From assembly GCA_043821645.1 (NCBI GenBank), contig JBDRCO010000042.1, positions 1-64,000 on the forward strand: DNA of 64,000 bases, given 5' to 3'. This document shows positions 1 through 15,967 of the stretch, piece after piece. Below the pieces are notes generated by a model. That model was not told the DNA's origin. It saw only the letters and a list, made by a program, of their open reading frames with translations, and did no database searches. The stretch's first letter is position 1. Each line of letters begins with the position of its first letter. Position numbers and translations under genes: made by a program. Source of the DNA: Pseudomonadota bacterium (GTDB lineage Bacteria > Myxococcota > JACRCW01 > JAFGSX01).

Positions 1-2510
1 CCGCGCCACACGCGCCCACCCACGCAGGGCCAGGGCCCGCTGGTCTGGCATTCTTCCTCGATGGGAGGCGGTAGCGCGGGGTCGCGGCACAGGGCGTGCT
101 CGGGCACCACGCCGCTGGCCAGGGCATCGGTGGGAGGGGGCGGGATGGGACAGCTTCCCTGCTCGGCCTCGCAGGACCAGCGCGCGAAGTCGAGGCCGAA
201 GTCGGGTGCGGTCGGCCCGTCGACGCCGTTATAGCTCTGGTCACGGCTGCGCGTGCACGAGCGCCAGTAGTCGCTGCCGCTGCCGCCGTAGCCCACGATG
301 AAATCCGCGTCGCAGCGAGGCCGTTCAGCGATGACGTACTGGCCCACGTCAAAGGACTCGCTGCCGCGCTCGTACCAGCCCCGGTGCAGCTCGACGAAGT
401 AGCTGAACTGGGCCAGCACGCCCTGCTCGGCGCTCATGCCCGAGGTCGGCATGCCGTGCCATTCCGCGAGGTCGGCGGTTCCGTTGTGGTTGAAGTCCGC
501 ACCCTCGTTGACGCAGGCGCGGGTCAGACCGTTGAGTTCGCGGGCGCGCAGGCGTCGCCCGACCTCGCTGCCCGAGGGCCCCTGCGCGTAGGGCGGCGCC
601 GAGGGATCCAGGCTGATCTCGTCATCGCTGTCGTTGCGTACACTCTCGTACAGCGCGATGGGGGCCGCGGCCGAGCAGTTGGCGCGCACGTGGGTCTGGG
701 CGGGGGTGCCCGCGCACAGGTAGACGGGCAAGCGCTGCCCCAGCTCGTTGAGCAGCACGAAGCGGTCGATGCTGCGCACCCGGCAGCGCGCGTTGTGGTG
801 CATGGCGAGGTCCGTGGAGGTGATGGCGCTGCGCGCGGACTCGCGCACCCAGCCATCGCTGTCGGCGTCGCAGGCCTTGGCCTGGCGGTCACCCTCGTCC
901 CAGTAATAGCCGTCGCGGGTCTCGCACACGCAGTGGCCATTGGTCAGCGCCAGGGGCCAGATGCGGCCGGTCTCGCCGGTGTCGCTGGCGTTGCATGAGA
1001 CCAGGCAGGACAGGCAGCTCGCGTCGCCCGGGTCTGCCGCCTGGTTGTTGCCGCAGGTCGCCGGGATGCAGGTGGCGTTCTGACCGGTCGCACCTTCGAC
1101 GCAGAAGTCGGTGCCGCAGTTGAGCGTGGCGCAGGTTACAGGCGCGGCGCACTGCTCGGGATTGTTGGGCAGGGGCGCGGTGCCGGCAAGGCAGCCGCCG
1201 CAGTACTGCACCGGAGGGGTGCCCTCGCAGCGGCGGTTCTGCGCCGCGCAGTTGAGGTCCGCCGCGTCACAGCTGTGCGGCAGCTGACACTCGCCGGCGG
1301 TGTTCTCGAAGTATCCGCCGACGCAGGTGGTGCAGCTGGCCGGTGCATCGAAGGGATCGTCGCAAGCGCGATGGGCGGCCGTGCACAGCGCGAGGATGCT
1401 GCCGGCCCCACTGGCGTCGCAGGTCTGCACCACGCAGGCGCCGTTGTCCTCGATATGGCCGTCGACACAGGCCAGGCACTGCGCGTCCGCCGTGGTGGTC
1501 TCGGCCTGGCACTCGCGGTGCTGGCCCGCGCAGTCGAGATCCGTACAGGTCAGGATGGCCCGGCAGCTGGGCGGTGTGGCGCCGTCTTCGACGAAGCCCG
1601 TGAGACAGGTCCCGCAGCTGGCACCCGTGCCGGTATTTGCCACGCAGCTGCGGTGCTCGGCGTCGCAATCCGCGGCGATGCTCAAAGGATCGCTCGCCTG
1701 GCAGTTCAGCTCGTCGCACAGGGTCGCGCTGCCGTTCCAGCGAAAGCCCGTGTCGCAGCTCGTCAGGCACACCGCGTCCACGCCGGGCTGGGTTTCCTGA
1801 CAGACCTGGTGCGCCACGCAACCCAGGTCGACGCAGGCCAGGGCGGCGCGGCAGGTGGCGTCGCCAGCATCGCACACCAGGTCGTTGCTGCAGGTGTCGC
1901 TGGGCTGGCAGGGGCAGCCCACCACATCGTTGCTGCAGGCGGCGCACAGGTTGTTGCCGGTGCAGTACAGAGGGCTGTCGCACAGGTCGCCGGTGCGGCA
2001 GGCGCAGCCCTGGGTGCCCTGCGGGCAGGGATCCACCACGCACACGCCGTTGTCGCACAGCAAGGTGCCGTCGCAGGTGTTGTTGCTGCGGCAGGCGCAG
2101 CCTTGCACGCCGTCGGTGCAGGCCTCGCACAGCTCGCCTGTCCCACACAGCAGGCCCTGGTCGCAGGTGCCATTGTCAAAGCAGGTACAGTCCAGGCTGC
2201 CGCGCGTGCAGTCGACGCAGGTGCCGGCGATGCACTCGCCCTGATCGCAGGTATCGCCCTGGCCGCAGGCGCAGCCCAGGCGTCCGTCGACGCAGGTGGC
2301 GGCGTGGCAGGTGCCGCCGGAGCAGGTGGCGCCGGCGCCGTAGCCGCTGGTGCAGTCGCCTGCACTGGCGCAGGCCGCGCACGCGCTGTCGGTGCACACC
2401 TGCCCGGTCGGGCAGTCCTTGGCGCTGGAGCAGGTTTCGTCGGGACAGCCGGCCGTCGTCATCACGAGCGCGAGCACGGCGGCCAGGGAGCAGAGGGTGA
2501 TCCTGCGCAT
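1..2510 (-). CDS. Large Cys-rich repeat lipoprotein (partial, runs off the left edge)
   Basis: Absent from the ORF track, presumably because its stop lies outside the window. ATG at 2510 gives MRRITLCSLAAVLALVMTTAGC (lipobox), then repeated G-x-x-GC-[AP]-C-x5-C-x3-L-x-C units. The stretches I translated read open down to base 1 (..EEECQTSGPWPCVGGRVWR). Starts 8 bp after the stop of the 2041-aa gene. Confidence 0.85.
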   Translation of the reverse strand, partial: MRRITLCSLAAVLALVMTTAGCPDETCSSAKDCPTGQVCTDSACAACASAGDCTSGYGAGATCSGGTCHAATCVDGRLGCACGQGDTCDQGECIAGTCVDCTRGSLDCTCFDNGTCDQGLLCGTGELCEACTDGVQGCACRSNNTCDGTLLCDNGVCVVDPCPQGTQGCACRTGDLCDSPLYCTGNNLCAACSNDVVGCPCQPSDTCSNDLVCDAGDATCRAALACVDLGCVAHQVCQETQPGVDAVCLTSCDTGFRWNGSATLCDELNCQASDPLSIAADCDAEHRSCVANTGTGASCGTCLTGFVEDGATPPSCRAILTCTDLDCAGQHRECQAETTTADAQCLACVDGHIEDNGACVVQTCDASGAGSILALCTAAHRACDDPFDAPASCTTCVGGYFENTAGECQLPHSCDAADLNCAAQNRRCEGTPPVQYCGGCLAGTAPLPNNPEQCAAPVTCATLNCGTDFCVEGATGQNATCIPATCGNNQAADPGDASCLSCLVSCNASDTGETGRIWPLALTNGHCVCETRDGYYWDEGDRQAKACDADSDGWVRESARSAITSTDLAMHHNARCRVRSIDRFVLLNELGQRLPVYLCAGTPAQTHVRANCSAAAPIALYESVRNDSDDEISLDPSAPPYAQGPSGSEVGRRLRARELNGLTRACVNEGADFNHNGTADLAEWHGMPTSGMSAEQGVLAQFSYFVELHRGWYERGSESFDVGQYVIAERPRCDADFIVGYGGSGSDYWRSCTRSRDQSYNGVDGPTAPDFGLDFARWSCEAEQGSCPIPPPPTDALASGVVPEHALCRDPALPPPIEEECQTSGPWPCVGGRVWR

Positions 2511-2518
2511 GGGTGCCT

Positions 2519-8644
<6,126 letters not shown>

Positions 8645-8984
8645 GTAGGGTTCTCCACTGGCTCAAGGTGCTGGAAAGCAGGACGTCCAGCTCGACACGC
8701 TGGCGAATGATTCATCACCGGTGCAGGCCTGCCCGGTGGCTTGGGCGCTGCGCCAAGGCTTCACGTGTGCCATCCATGTTCTGGAAGAGCGCTGGTTTCT
8801 GCGCTGTCGGAATGAACACAAGTCCCCCTGCCAAGAAATGCCTAGCAGGATACTCATTAATAACACACCACAAGTGGTCTTTAAGACCACGATGCAGGGA
8901 ATCCAGCAAGCGCCAAACCCATACTCATGGTGCTCGCCTGGAGTGGTCGCAGGTGCACGGAGGGCGCGGATCGATTGCGCAAGA

Positions 8985-9009
8985 CCAAAATTTCTTTAGA
9001 AATTCTTGG
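8985..9009. promoter_or_regulatory. AT-rich operator-like palindrome in the 620-bp intergenic region upstream of the giant lipoprotein
   Basis: CCAA-AATTTCT-TT-AGAAATT-C-TTGG, a near-perfect inverted repeat in otherwise GC-rich DNA. Confidence 0.35.
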
Positions 9010-9265
9010 ATTGGCCCGAGCTTGAGTCGCCCTTCATTGTGGCAAACACCTATCCGCAGCATTGGAGAAGCGCCATGGCGAGGGACAAGCGCGCCCCTGC
9101 CCTGAACCCTGCGCAGGCATCATGGAGCAGAGTCGAGCCCCTGGGGCCCTCGAGGCGCCGGTCGGATGCAGAAAAGTGTGGCGCCCAGCAAGACGCCAGG
9201 AGTGCCCTGTGCGGGGCGGGCGCGGTGCCGGAGCCGTGCCCATCGTGGCCTGCAGGTCCACGTTT

Positions 9266-10846
9266 TCAGGGCCGCGAGCACACGCAGATCTCGCTGCCTC
9301 GATTGGTCGAGCAGTCGTCATCGTTGACGTAAAGCTCGCAGCCCGAGAGGTTGTCGATGGCGTCCAGGCAGATGCTGCCGAGGCGCTGACACCAGTCGTC
9401 GCAGTTGGAGCCGGCCGTGGTCACGTTGAAGCCGCAGCTCTGGGCGTCTTCCTGGCACAGCACGTAGTCGGGGGCTCGTCCGAACAAGGCCGCGCAGCTC
9501 TGCGGTCGGGTCGTGCGATCCGGCACGCAGGCCACGATGCCCAGCTGCGGGTCCACGATCTCGGTGCTGAAGCTGTCACCCAGCACGCCGTGCAGGCCGT
9601 GCGGTCCCTCGTCCAGGACCTGCTGGCCCGAGTTCCTGTCCAGGCGCCACAGCGCGATGGTGCTGCTGTCCGGAACAAAGGAGGCCGCGGGCGGCACAAA
9701 GCTACCCCGGTAGCGCGCCCCCTGCGACAGCTGCACCTCGTCGATGTGACCGTTGAAGTGAAACATGTCGAGGTAGGCGGCCATGCCGATGCGCAGTGGA
9801 CCGCCAAAGTCCTTGGTCTCGCTGATGCTCGCGGCGACCCGGTGCAGCAGCACGCCGTTGCTGTAGATGCGCAGCTCGCTGCCGTCGGAGACGCCGGCCA
9901 CGTGCTGCCAGGCGTTCTCGACGAGCTGTGGCTGCCCCACCGCGTCCGAGGCCCAGGCGTGCAGCATCTGACTGCCGTCGTGAACGCGCAGCTCGAGGTA
10001 GCGATCCTTGACCAGCAGCACCCAGCCCTTGAAGGTGTCGTGGTCGTGGTGCGACACGATCTGAACTTCCTGCGACAGATCGCGCGGGTAGATCCAGGCC
10101 TCGATGGTGAAGCTGGTCAACTTCTCGAACAGACTGCTGTCGGGGACGGTGACGCGATCGTCCACGCCGTCGAAATCCAGGCTGAGGCGCTGGCAGGGAC
10201 CGGCATCCACGCGGCCGGCATCCGGCCCGGCCGCGTCGGGAGAGGCGCTGTCGGCTGTCATCGTGTCAGGCGCTGCCAGGTCGGGGGCGCCGACGTCGGG
10301 TGCGGCCGCGTCGGCCGCAGCAGCGTCTCGCGGAGGGGAATCCCCCGGCCCACCCTCCGCGGGACCCTGATCGGCCGCCCCCGCATCGACGGTCGCGCCG
10401 TCCACGGCCAGCGCATCCAGCCCCCGGGCATCGGCAGCATTGACGTCCGCCACCCCGGCATCCACCCGCGCGCTGTCGACGAGGATGCTGTCGGCCGCCC
10501 CCTGGTCCGTGGCCAGCCCATCCTGCGGGCTCCGCTCAAGGGTCACGAGATCTGCGCGCGCCCCGTCCGGGCTCGTCGTATCGAGGGTCGCCCGGTCCGT
10601 GGCCACAGCGTCGCGCAGCCCTCCATCGCCGTGAACACGTTCCGGGCTGCCGGCGTCCAGGGGGGACGCCGCGTCGACCTGCGAGGCCGGGACACAGGTC
10701 CCATGCACGCAGACGAAGCCGCCGACGCACTGCTCGGGCCCGCTGCACTCGAAGTCGAGCCCCGAAAGCGCCGGTGTCGACGCCGGGCAGGCCGCCAGTG
10801 CGGCCAAAAAAAGTGCCGCGAGCGTCCGCCGTGCGTGCGCCTTCAT
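9266..10846 (-). CDS. Lipoprotein with Asp/Ala/Gly-rich linker and LamG-like (ConA jelly-roll) domain
   Basis: Lipobox LAAC; SLDFDGVDD, FTIEAWI, WQHVA, IYSNG, FNGHIDEV motifs; Cys-rich tail. Confidence 0.85.
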   Translation of the reverse strand: MKAHARRTLAALFLAALAACPASTPALSGLDFECSGPEQCVGGFVCVHGTCVPASQVDAASPLDAGSPERVHGDGGLRDAVATDRATLDTTSPDGARADLVTLERSPQDGLATDQGAADSILVDSARVDAGVADVNAADARGLDALAVDGATVDAGAADQGPAEGGPGDSPPRDAAAADAAAPDVGAPDLAAPDTMTADSASPDAAGPDAGRVDAGPCQRLSLDFDGVDDRVTVPDSSLFEKLTSFTIEAWIYPRDLSQEVQIVSHHDHDTFKGWVLLVKDRYLELRVHDGSQMLHAWASDAVGQPQLVENAWQHVAGVSDGSELRIYSNGVLLHRVAASISETKDFGGPLRIGMAAYLDMFHFNGHIDEVQLSQGARYRGSFVPPAASFVPDSSTIALWRLDRNSGQQVLDEGPHGLHGVLGDSFSTEIVDPQLGIVACVPDRTTRPQSCAALFGRAPDYVLCQEDAQSCGFNVTTAGSNCDDWCQRLGSICLDAIDNLSGCELYVNDDDCSTNRGSEICVCSRP

Positions 10847-10894
10847 GTCACAAAGGATATCGGCTTTTTGGGGAAGGCGCTCAAACGGCCCGGT

Positions 10895-11338
10895 TCAGCC
10901 GCGCGCGGCCTTGCCCTTGGCGGGTCTACGGGCGGGCTTCTCGGTCGCCAGACCCTCGTGCGCCACCAGCTGCTCGACCAGGCCGGTCAGGTGGTCCACG
11001 CGCGCGCTCAGGTCCTGCAGGTCATCGCGCACGTGGCCACGCTTCTGGTCGCGGGCGGCGGCCTGATCGGTGAGCTCGTCCTCGAGGTCGTTGACCCGAC
11101 TGTGCAGCTCGTTGAGCAGGTGCAGGGTGCGCTCCTGGTCGCGCTTGGTGGGCAGCAACAAGGATTTCCAGGTCGCCATCAGGAACCCGTCCATCATGAT
11201 CTTCGAGCGCAGGGCCGCGCCCATGACATTGCCGCTGAGCTCGAGAAAGCCGGGGTTGCGCAGCACCTTGTCAAAGTACTCGGCGGTCTGCTTCTCCCAG
11301 GTCCCGTAAAGCTTGTCGGCCAGATTGGGCGTGTTCAT
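10895..11338 (-). CDS. PHA synthase partner subunit (PhaE / class IV PhaR-like)
   Basis: WEKQ..YFDKVLRNPGF and W-x-x-LLLPTKRD..L-x-ELHSRV-x-DLE motif followed by a coiled coil. GAGGAAGA RBS before ATG at 11338. Lies in the PHA locus. Confidence 0.65.
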   Translation of the reverse strand: MNTPNLADKLYGTWEKQTAEYFDKVLRNPGFLELSGNVMGAALRSKIMMDGFLMATWKSLLLPTKRDQERTLHLLNELHSRVNDLEDELTDQAAARDQKRGHVRDDLQDLSARVDHLTGLVEQLVAHEGLATEKPARRPAKGKAARG

Positions 11339-11396
11339 GGTCTTCCTCGTCGAGAAAAAGGGCCTGTGGGCGGCCGGGTTGACAGACATTGCGCGT

Positions 11397-12239
11397 TCAG
11401 AACACCAGCCGTCTGACCTCGCTGGCGGTGGTGAAGGCGGCGGTGGTCTCGCCGGCGAGCGAGCTCATGCGCGCGACCTCGCCGTAGCACTCGGCGATGA
11501 AGGAGACCTGCACCAGGTCGAGCGGGGCCCCCACCACGGTCTCCTGGTGCACGAACATGGCCACCTGCAGCACGCGATCGAAGGTGAGGTCCGGCAGCAC
11601 CAGCCGTCCCTCGCGCAGCACCTCGACCCGCAGCGTGTGGCGCGCCGCGATGGGCAGGCCCTGCACGGTGCCGTCGCGGATGCTGGCCTGCTGGCTCCAC
11701 GAGCTGCCCACGTCGAGCGGCAGCCGGAACAGGTCCAGCGCCGGTTCGTACAGCAGCCAGGTCTGACCCTCGCCGGGATTCTCCTCGGCCGAGACGCTGC
11801 CCAGGCTGAGCAGGGCACCGGGACGGCGTGCGAACAGGCCGAGCAGGCGGCCACTGCCATCCAGGGGAACCGCATAGCTGTCGGCAGGAAGCCGGTCAGC
11901 GAACCAGGCGTCCTCGATGCCGCGCGCGCTCACGCCGAGCACCTGGTCGTCGGGTCCCACGCCGTCCAGGATCCATACCCGCTGCCCATCCTGGTCCTGC
12001 CCGTCGATGTCGACCACCACCTCGCCCGACGACACCAGGTAGCGGGCGGTCGCGCCCAGGGCCACGGGGAGCTCGTCGTCGCTGATGCGGCCGTCCACGT
12101 CCGGGCGACAGCTCAGGGGCACCACGCCACCGTCGCTGCCCACAGAGCGCAGGGCGAGGAGATCGTCGGGGTAGTTGGGCCCACCGCAGCCCAGGGTCAT
12201 GCCGAGCACCACGAGCAGACTGACGAATGACACGCGCAT
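11397..12239 (-). CDS. Lipoprotein of unknown function (paralog of 14867-15880)
   Basis: Lipobox TLGC; shares YEP..LFRLPL-x-VG-x-SW, FIAECYG and FTTA-x-E-x-x-RL-x-F motifs with the 337-aa protein. Confidence 0.8.
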   Translation of the reverse strand: MRVSFVSLLVVLGMTLGCGGPNYPDDLLALRSVGSDGGVVPLSCRPDVDGRISDDELPVALGATARYLVSSGEVVVDIDGQDQDGQRVWILDGVGPDDQVLGVSARGIEDAWFADRLPADSYAVPLDGSGRLLGLFARRPGALLSLGSVSAEENPGEGQTWLLYEPALDLFRLPLDVGSSWSQQASIRDGTVQGLPIAARHTLRVEVLREGRLVLPDLTFDRVLQVAMFVHQETVVGAPLDLVQVSFIAECYGEVARMSSLAGETTAAFTTASEVRRLVF

Positions 12240-12246
12240 GCGCACC

Positions 12247-13788
12247 TCAGAAGGCGAAGCGCGTCATCACGCGCAGGGTCTGACCAGGGGAGGCCGCGAG
12301 CTGATTCTCGACGCTGGCCAGGCCGTCGAGGGGGAACAGCACGCCGTAGGCTAGCAGCAGCTCGAAGCCGTCGTTGGAGCGGTAACGCACGGTCGGGTCC
12401 AGCTCGATGCCCAGCAGGTTGCTGTGGCCTGGCGCGCTCTCGGCGAACAGGGCGGCCGACCCCACGGCCCACAGCTCCAGCGACAGCCCGCGCAGCGGCG
12501 ACAGGCCCGCCCGGGCGCGCAGCGCCACGCCGTCGGTGAAGGTGCCCACGATCTGCCGCCACAGGATGCGGTCCAGGTGGTGGTCGGGGTGGAAGCGAAA
12601 GTTGTCCACGGCCAGGTCGTAGGGCGGATGCACCTGGGCACCGTCGAGGTCCCCGGGGGCGCCCAGGCGCGACATCTCGCGCGCGCCGAAGCCAGGCGCG
12701 GGATCGCCCGAGGCCACGTTGAGGTCCAGGCCGAGATGCCAGAGCTCGTCGTCCGCGCGCCACTCGGTCTCGATGGCGCCGCCCCATTGCTGCGCCGTGG
12801 CCGGCTGGTTGAGACGCACCCCGGGCAGCAAGGACGCGTTGTCGTAGCGCGCGCCGAGGTAGGCGAACTCGGCCTCGACCCGCAGCCCCGCCCAGCGCAG
12901 GCGCACCCAGCCGTCGACCAGGCCGCCGGTGAAGCCGCGATCGATCCACACCAGGGCGTCGTCCTGGCCCGCGCTCAGCGCCTCGCGGTCCTGCCAGCGC
13001 AGGGAGCCGATCAGTCCGTAGTGCAGCACCAGCTTGCCGGCTCTCAGCTTGCGCTGCAGGGCCGGGTCGGGGAGCGTGTTGAGCACCATGGCCGAGGCGC
13101 TGCGCACGTCGTCCCGGGGCTCGCGATCCAGCCAGCGGCCATCGCGCTCGGTCACCGGCCCGCTCGCCGACCAGTCGAAGCCCACGCCCCACAGGTGGCC
13201 GAGCAGCGGCGTCACGAAGGCCACGCGGTCCGCGCTGTCTGCGCCGTCGCACTCGTCGCACAGGCCGTTGTTGGCGACCAGACCCAGACCCCAGTGGTTG
13301 GGCATGCGCCCCACGGCCAGCATCCCCACGGGCAGGGCGGCCTCGCCCCACACACGCTTGATGGCGACGGCATCGACCAGGCTGTTGACCCCGAAGCGAG
13401 GTGGGTCCTGGCCGGTGACGACGGAGGATGCCGCCGCCGGGTGCGGGGTCGAGCCCAGGGCCAGGTTGTCAAGCACGTCGACCAGGGCGTGCAGGGCGAT
13501 GCCCTTGTAGGACACCCGGGGCTGCAGGCGCAGGCGCATGTCCGCGCCCAGCAGGATCTGGCCGTTCTGGGGATCGCTGGCCGGCGCCGGGAACAGCAGC
13601 TCGCCCGAGGGCGTGGGGCCGCGGTCCAGGTCCAGGTTGGCGTCGAGGTCCGTGCGCACCCGGAACACGCCCTGCATCCCAAAGCTGGGTGCGGCGCCCG
13701 CGGTGGTGAAGGGCGTGGACACCTGGTCCCACTGGGCCTGTCCAGGGGCCGCAAGCAGCAGCGCAAGCACCAGGAGGACGGGGCGCAT
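12247..13788 (-). CDS. Outer-membrane beta-barrel, TIGR04551-like
   Basis: Signal peptide; GRMPNHWGLGLVANNG-x-C-x-x-CD and NFRFHPD-x-x-x-D-x-ILWR motifs; alternating beta strands; terminal Phe. Confidence 0.75.
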   Translation of the reverse strand: MRPVLLVLALLLAAPGQAQWDQVSTPFTTAGAAPSFGMQGVFRVRTDLDANLDLDRGPTPSGELLFPAPASDPQNGQILLGADMRLRLQPRVSYKGIALHALVDVLDNLALGSTPHPAAASSVVTGQDPPRFGVNSLVDAVAIKRVWGEAALPVGMLAVGRMPNHWGLGLVANNGLCDECDGADSADRVAFVTPLLGHLWGVGFDWSASGPVTERDGRWLDREPRDDVRSASAMVLNTLPDPALQRKLRAGKLVLHYGLIGSLRWQDREALSAGQDDALVWIDRGFTGGLVDGWVRLRWAGLRVEAEFAYLGARYDNASLLPGVRLNQPATAQQWGGAIETEWRADDELWHLGLDLNVASGDPAPGFGAREMSRLGAPGDLDGAQVHPPYDLAVDNFRFHPDHHLDRILWRQIVGTFTDGVALRARAGLSPLRGLSLELWAVGSAALFAESAPGHSNLLGIELDPTVRYRSNDGFELLLAYGVLFPLDGLASVENQLAASPGQTLRVMTRFAF

Positions 13789-14867
13789 CAGGGGACCTCC
13801 TCGGCGTCGGGGGTGTCGTCCGGGAGGCTGTGCGCGGGTTCCTCGTCGGCGCGCGCGGTGTCGTCTTCGGGCGCGGGTGTCGGTGCGCGCTGTGGCGTCG
13901 GGGCAGGCGCAAAGTCCAGGTTTCCCGTCGCTGGTGGCGTCAGGAACTCCACCATCAGGTGGTTGACCGTGGCGGCACGCTCCAGCATGGGAAAGTGCGC
14001 GCTGCGCGGCAGCACCACCAGGCGAGCGTCGCCCAGCTCGGCCTCGAGTTGTTCGCCGACCTCAATGCCCGAGGTGTCGTCGTGGCGGCCCCACAGCAGC
14101 AGGCTGGGGTGGTGGAGGCGGGTGTAGTGCGTGTCCTGCACCTCGAGCCACTGGTCGCGCGCCACGGCGTGGGCGGCGGCCACGGCCCCAGGCCTGTCGT
14201 AGGCGGCCTTCACGGCGTCGACCAGGCTCTCGTCGACGCGCTGCGGATCATAGAAGCCGCTGCCAATGCGCGCGTCGGGTTGTTCCTTGTAGTACAGCGT
14301 GAACAGGGTCTCGCCGACGACGGGCACCCGCGCCAGGCGAAAGAAGGTGGGCAGCTGCTCCTCGTACACCCAGGCGCTCATGAGCACCAGGCGGCCGACT
14401 CGCCCCGGGTGGTCGAGCGCCAGGCGCAGGGCCACGGCACAGCCGTAGGAATGGGCGACCAGGTCCGCCACGTCGACACCGAGCTGGTCCAGCAGGTGCA
14501 CCAGCAGCGTGGCCTGGGCGGCGGGGCTGTAGTCGCCCGCGGGCTTCTCGCTCTCACCAAAACCTTTGAGGTCGACGGCGATGACCCGGTGCTGTGCTGC
14601 CAGGGCGTCGAAGTTGGCCACCCAGGTCGCCATGGACGAGGCATAGCCATGGATGAGCAACACGGCGTGGTGGCTGCCACCGCCGCTATCGCGCACGTGC
14701 AGTCGCACGCCATCGATGTCAACAAAGTCGTAGATGCCGGGAGCGCCCGCGGGAAGCTCCACCGGCTTGTTCTGGAAGGTCAGGCAGGCGCTGGTGGCGA
14801 GCACGAGCGCACCCAGGGCCACAAGCCCGCTGCCGCGGCAGCGTCGAGAACCATCGTCGCGCAGCAT
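13788..14867 (-). CDS. Lipoprotein alpha/beta hydrolase (esterase/depolymerase-like)
   Basis: Lipobox ATSAC; IHGY oxyanion loop, AHSYG nucleophile elbow, WGRHD, SAHFP. TGATG overlaps with both neighbours. Confidence 0.85.
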   Translation of the reverse strand: MLRDDGSRRCRGSGLVALGALVLATSACLTFQNKPVELPAGAPGIYDFVDIDGVRLHVRDSGGGSHHAVLLIHGYASSMATWVANFDALAAQHRVIAVDLKGFGESEKPAGDYSPAAQATLLVHLLDQLGVDVADLVAHSYGCAVALRLALDHPGRVGRLVLMSAWVYEEQLPTFFRLARVPVVGETLFTLYYKEQPDARIGSGFYDPQRVDESLVDAVKAAYDRPGAVAAAHAVARDQWLEVQDTHYTRLHHPSLLLWGRHDDTSGIEVGEQLEAELGDARLVVLPRSAHFPMLERAATVNHLMVEFLTPPATGNLDFAPAPTPQRAPTPAPEDDTARADEEPAHSLPDDTPDAEEVP

Positions 14868-15880
14868 CAAAACCCCAGGCGCGTGTATTCGCGCGCGGTG
14901 GTGAAGGGATCGGCGTCTTCGTCGTCCTGGCTGCCGACCACCGCCACCGTGCCGTAGCACTGGGCCACGAACTGGTACTTGAGCGTGGTGGTGGTGAGGA
15001 AGAAGAAGGGGTTGAGCGTGGGAACGCGGTTGACCCGCTCCATGCGCAGCTGCAGCACGTCGAAGGTCCCGGCCGGCACGCGCGCCTGGCCTGCCACCTC
15101 CACGCTGTAGCTGTAGTCCTCGTAAAAGCCGGTGAGCACACCCTCGTAGATCCCGGTCACCGTGCTCTCGGTGACCCAGCTGTCACCCACCTGCAGCGGA
15201 AAACGGTACACCACCACCGGCGGGTCATAGCTCAGGTCAATGCGGTCCGCATCGACGCTGACCACGCCCAGCATCACCACCTGATCGCTGTCGACCCGGA
15301 ACACGCCCAGCACGTCGCCGCCTATCTGCAGCAGGTTCGCGTAGCTGGCGTCGGGATAGTCCGCGGCCCACCAGGTGCCGGCTGGCGACAGGGTCTCGAG
15401 CACCACGCTGTGCTCGCCACTGGCCGCTGCGCTGAAGTCCCACAGCAACCCGCCGGAGGTCTGGGTCGGCACCAGGTTCACGGTCACAGGCTGGTCCGGT
15501 GCAATGGCCCGAAAGTGCCCACTCAGTCCCGGGCCCAGGTTCATCTCGGAGCGGGTGATCACCTGATCCCAGGGCGGGCACAGGGGGGCGCCACCGTCGT
15601 CCAGGGTGGCGTCGGGCGCCGCCGCGTCGGTGGAGGCGTCGTCGTGGCCGGCGTCCGGGGTGCGCTGATCGACGCCCGCTCGATCGCTCGCGCTCGCATC
15701 CAGCGCCCCGGCGTCGATCTCGACCGCGGCCACGCACTGGCCGCGGGGATCGCAGACCTGCCCGGCGGGACACTGGCTATCGCCGTAGCAGGGCGCCGCA
15801 GCGGGATCGCAGGCCGCAGCCAGGGCCGCTAGAACCATCAGGTGTGCAAGTGCAGTATTTTTTTGAGTGCGTCGCATCAT
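14867..15880 (-). CDS. Lipoprotein with short Cys-rich N-terminus, paralog of 11397-12239
   Basis: Lipobox AAAC; CYGDSQCPAGQVC; shares the C-terminal domain with the 281-aa lipoprotein. Confidence 0.8.
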   Translation of the reverse strand: MMRRTQKNTALAHLMVLAALAAACDPAAAPCYGDSQCPAGQVCDPRGQCVAAVEIDAGALDASASDRAGVDQRTPDAGHDDASTDAAAPDATLDDGGAPLCPPWDQVITRSEMNLGPGLSGHFRAIAPDQPVTVNLVPTQTSGGLLWDFSAAASGEHSVVLETLSPAGTWWAADYPDASYANLLQIGGDVLGVFRVDSDQVVMLGVVSVDADRIDLSYDPPVVVYRFPLQVGDSWVTESTVTGIYEGVLTGFYEDYSYSVEVAGQARVPAGTFDVLQLRMERVNRVPTLNPFFFLTTTTLKYQFVAQCYGTVAVVGSQDDEDADPFTTAREYTRLGF

Positions 15881-15967
15881 GGCGCTCGATCCTTGACGCG
15901 CGGGCCGCCCTGGCCTAGTGTCGGGGTCGATCGGTACCGCGCGGCGAGGGCCTGGTCAAGACTTTTT

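Noticed and set aside
10190-10700. Repetitive DAG/DAA/PDA-coding stretch as a DNA repeat or array
   Set aside because: Low-complexity protein linker of the LamG lipoprotein; no fixed-period nucleotide repeat.
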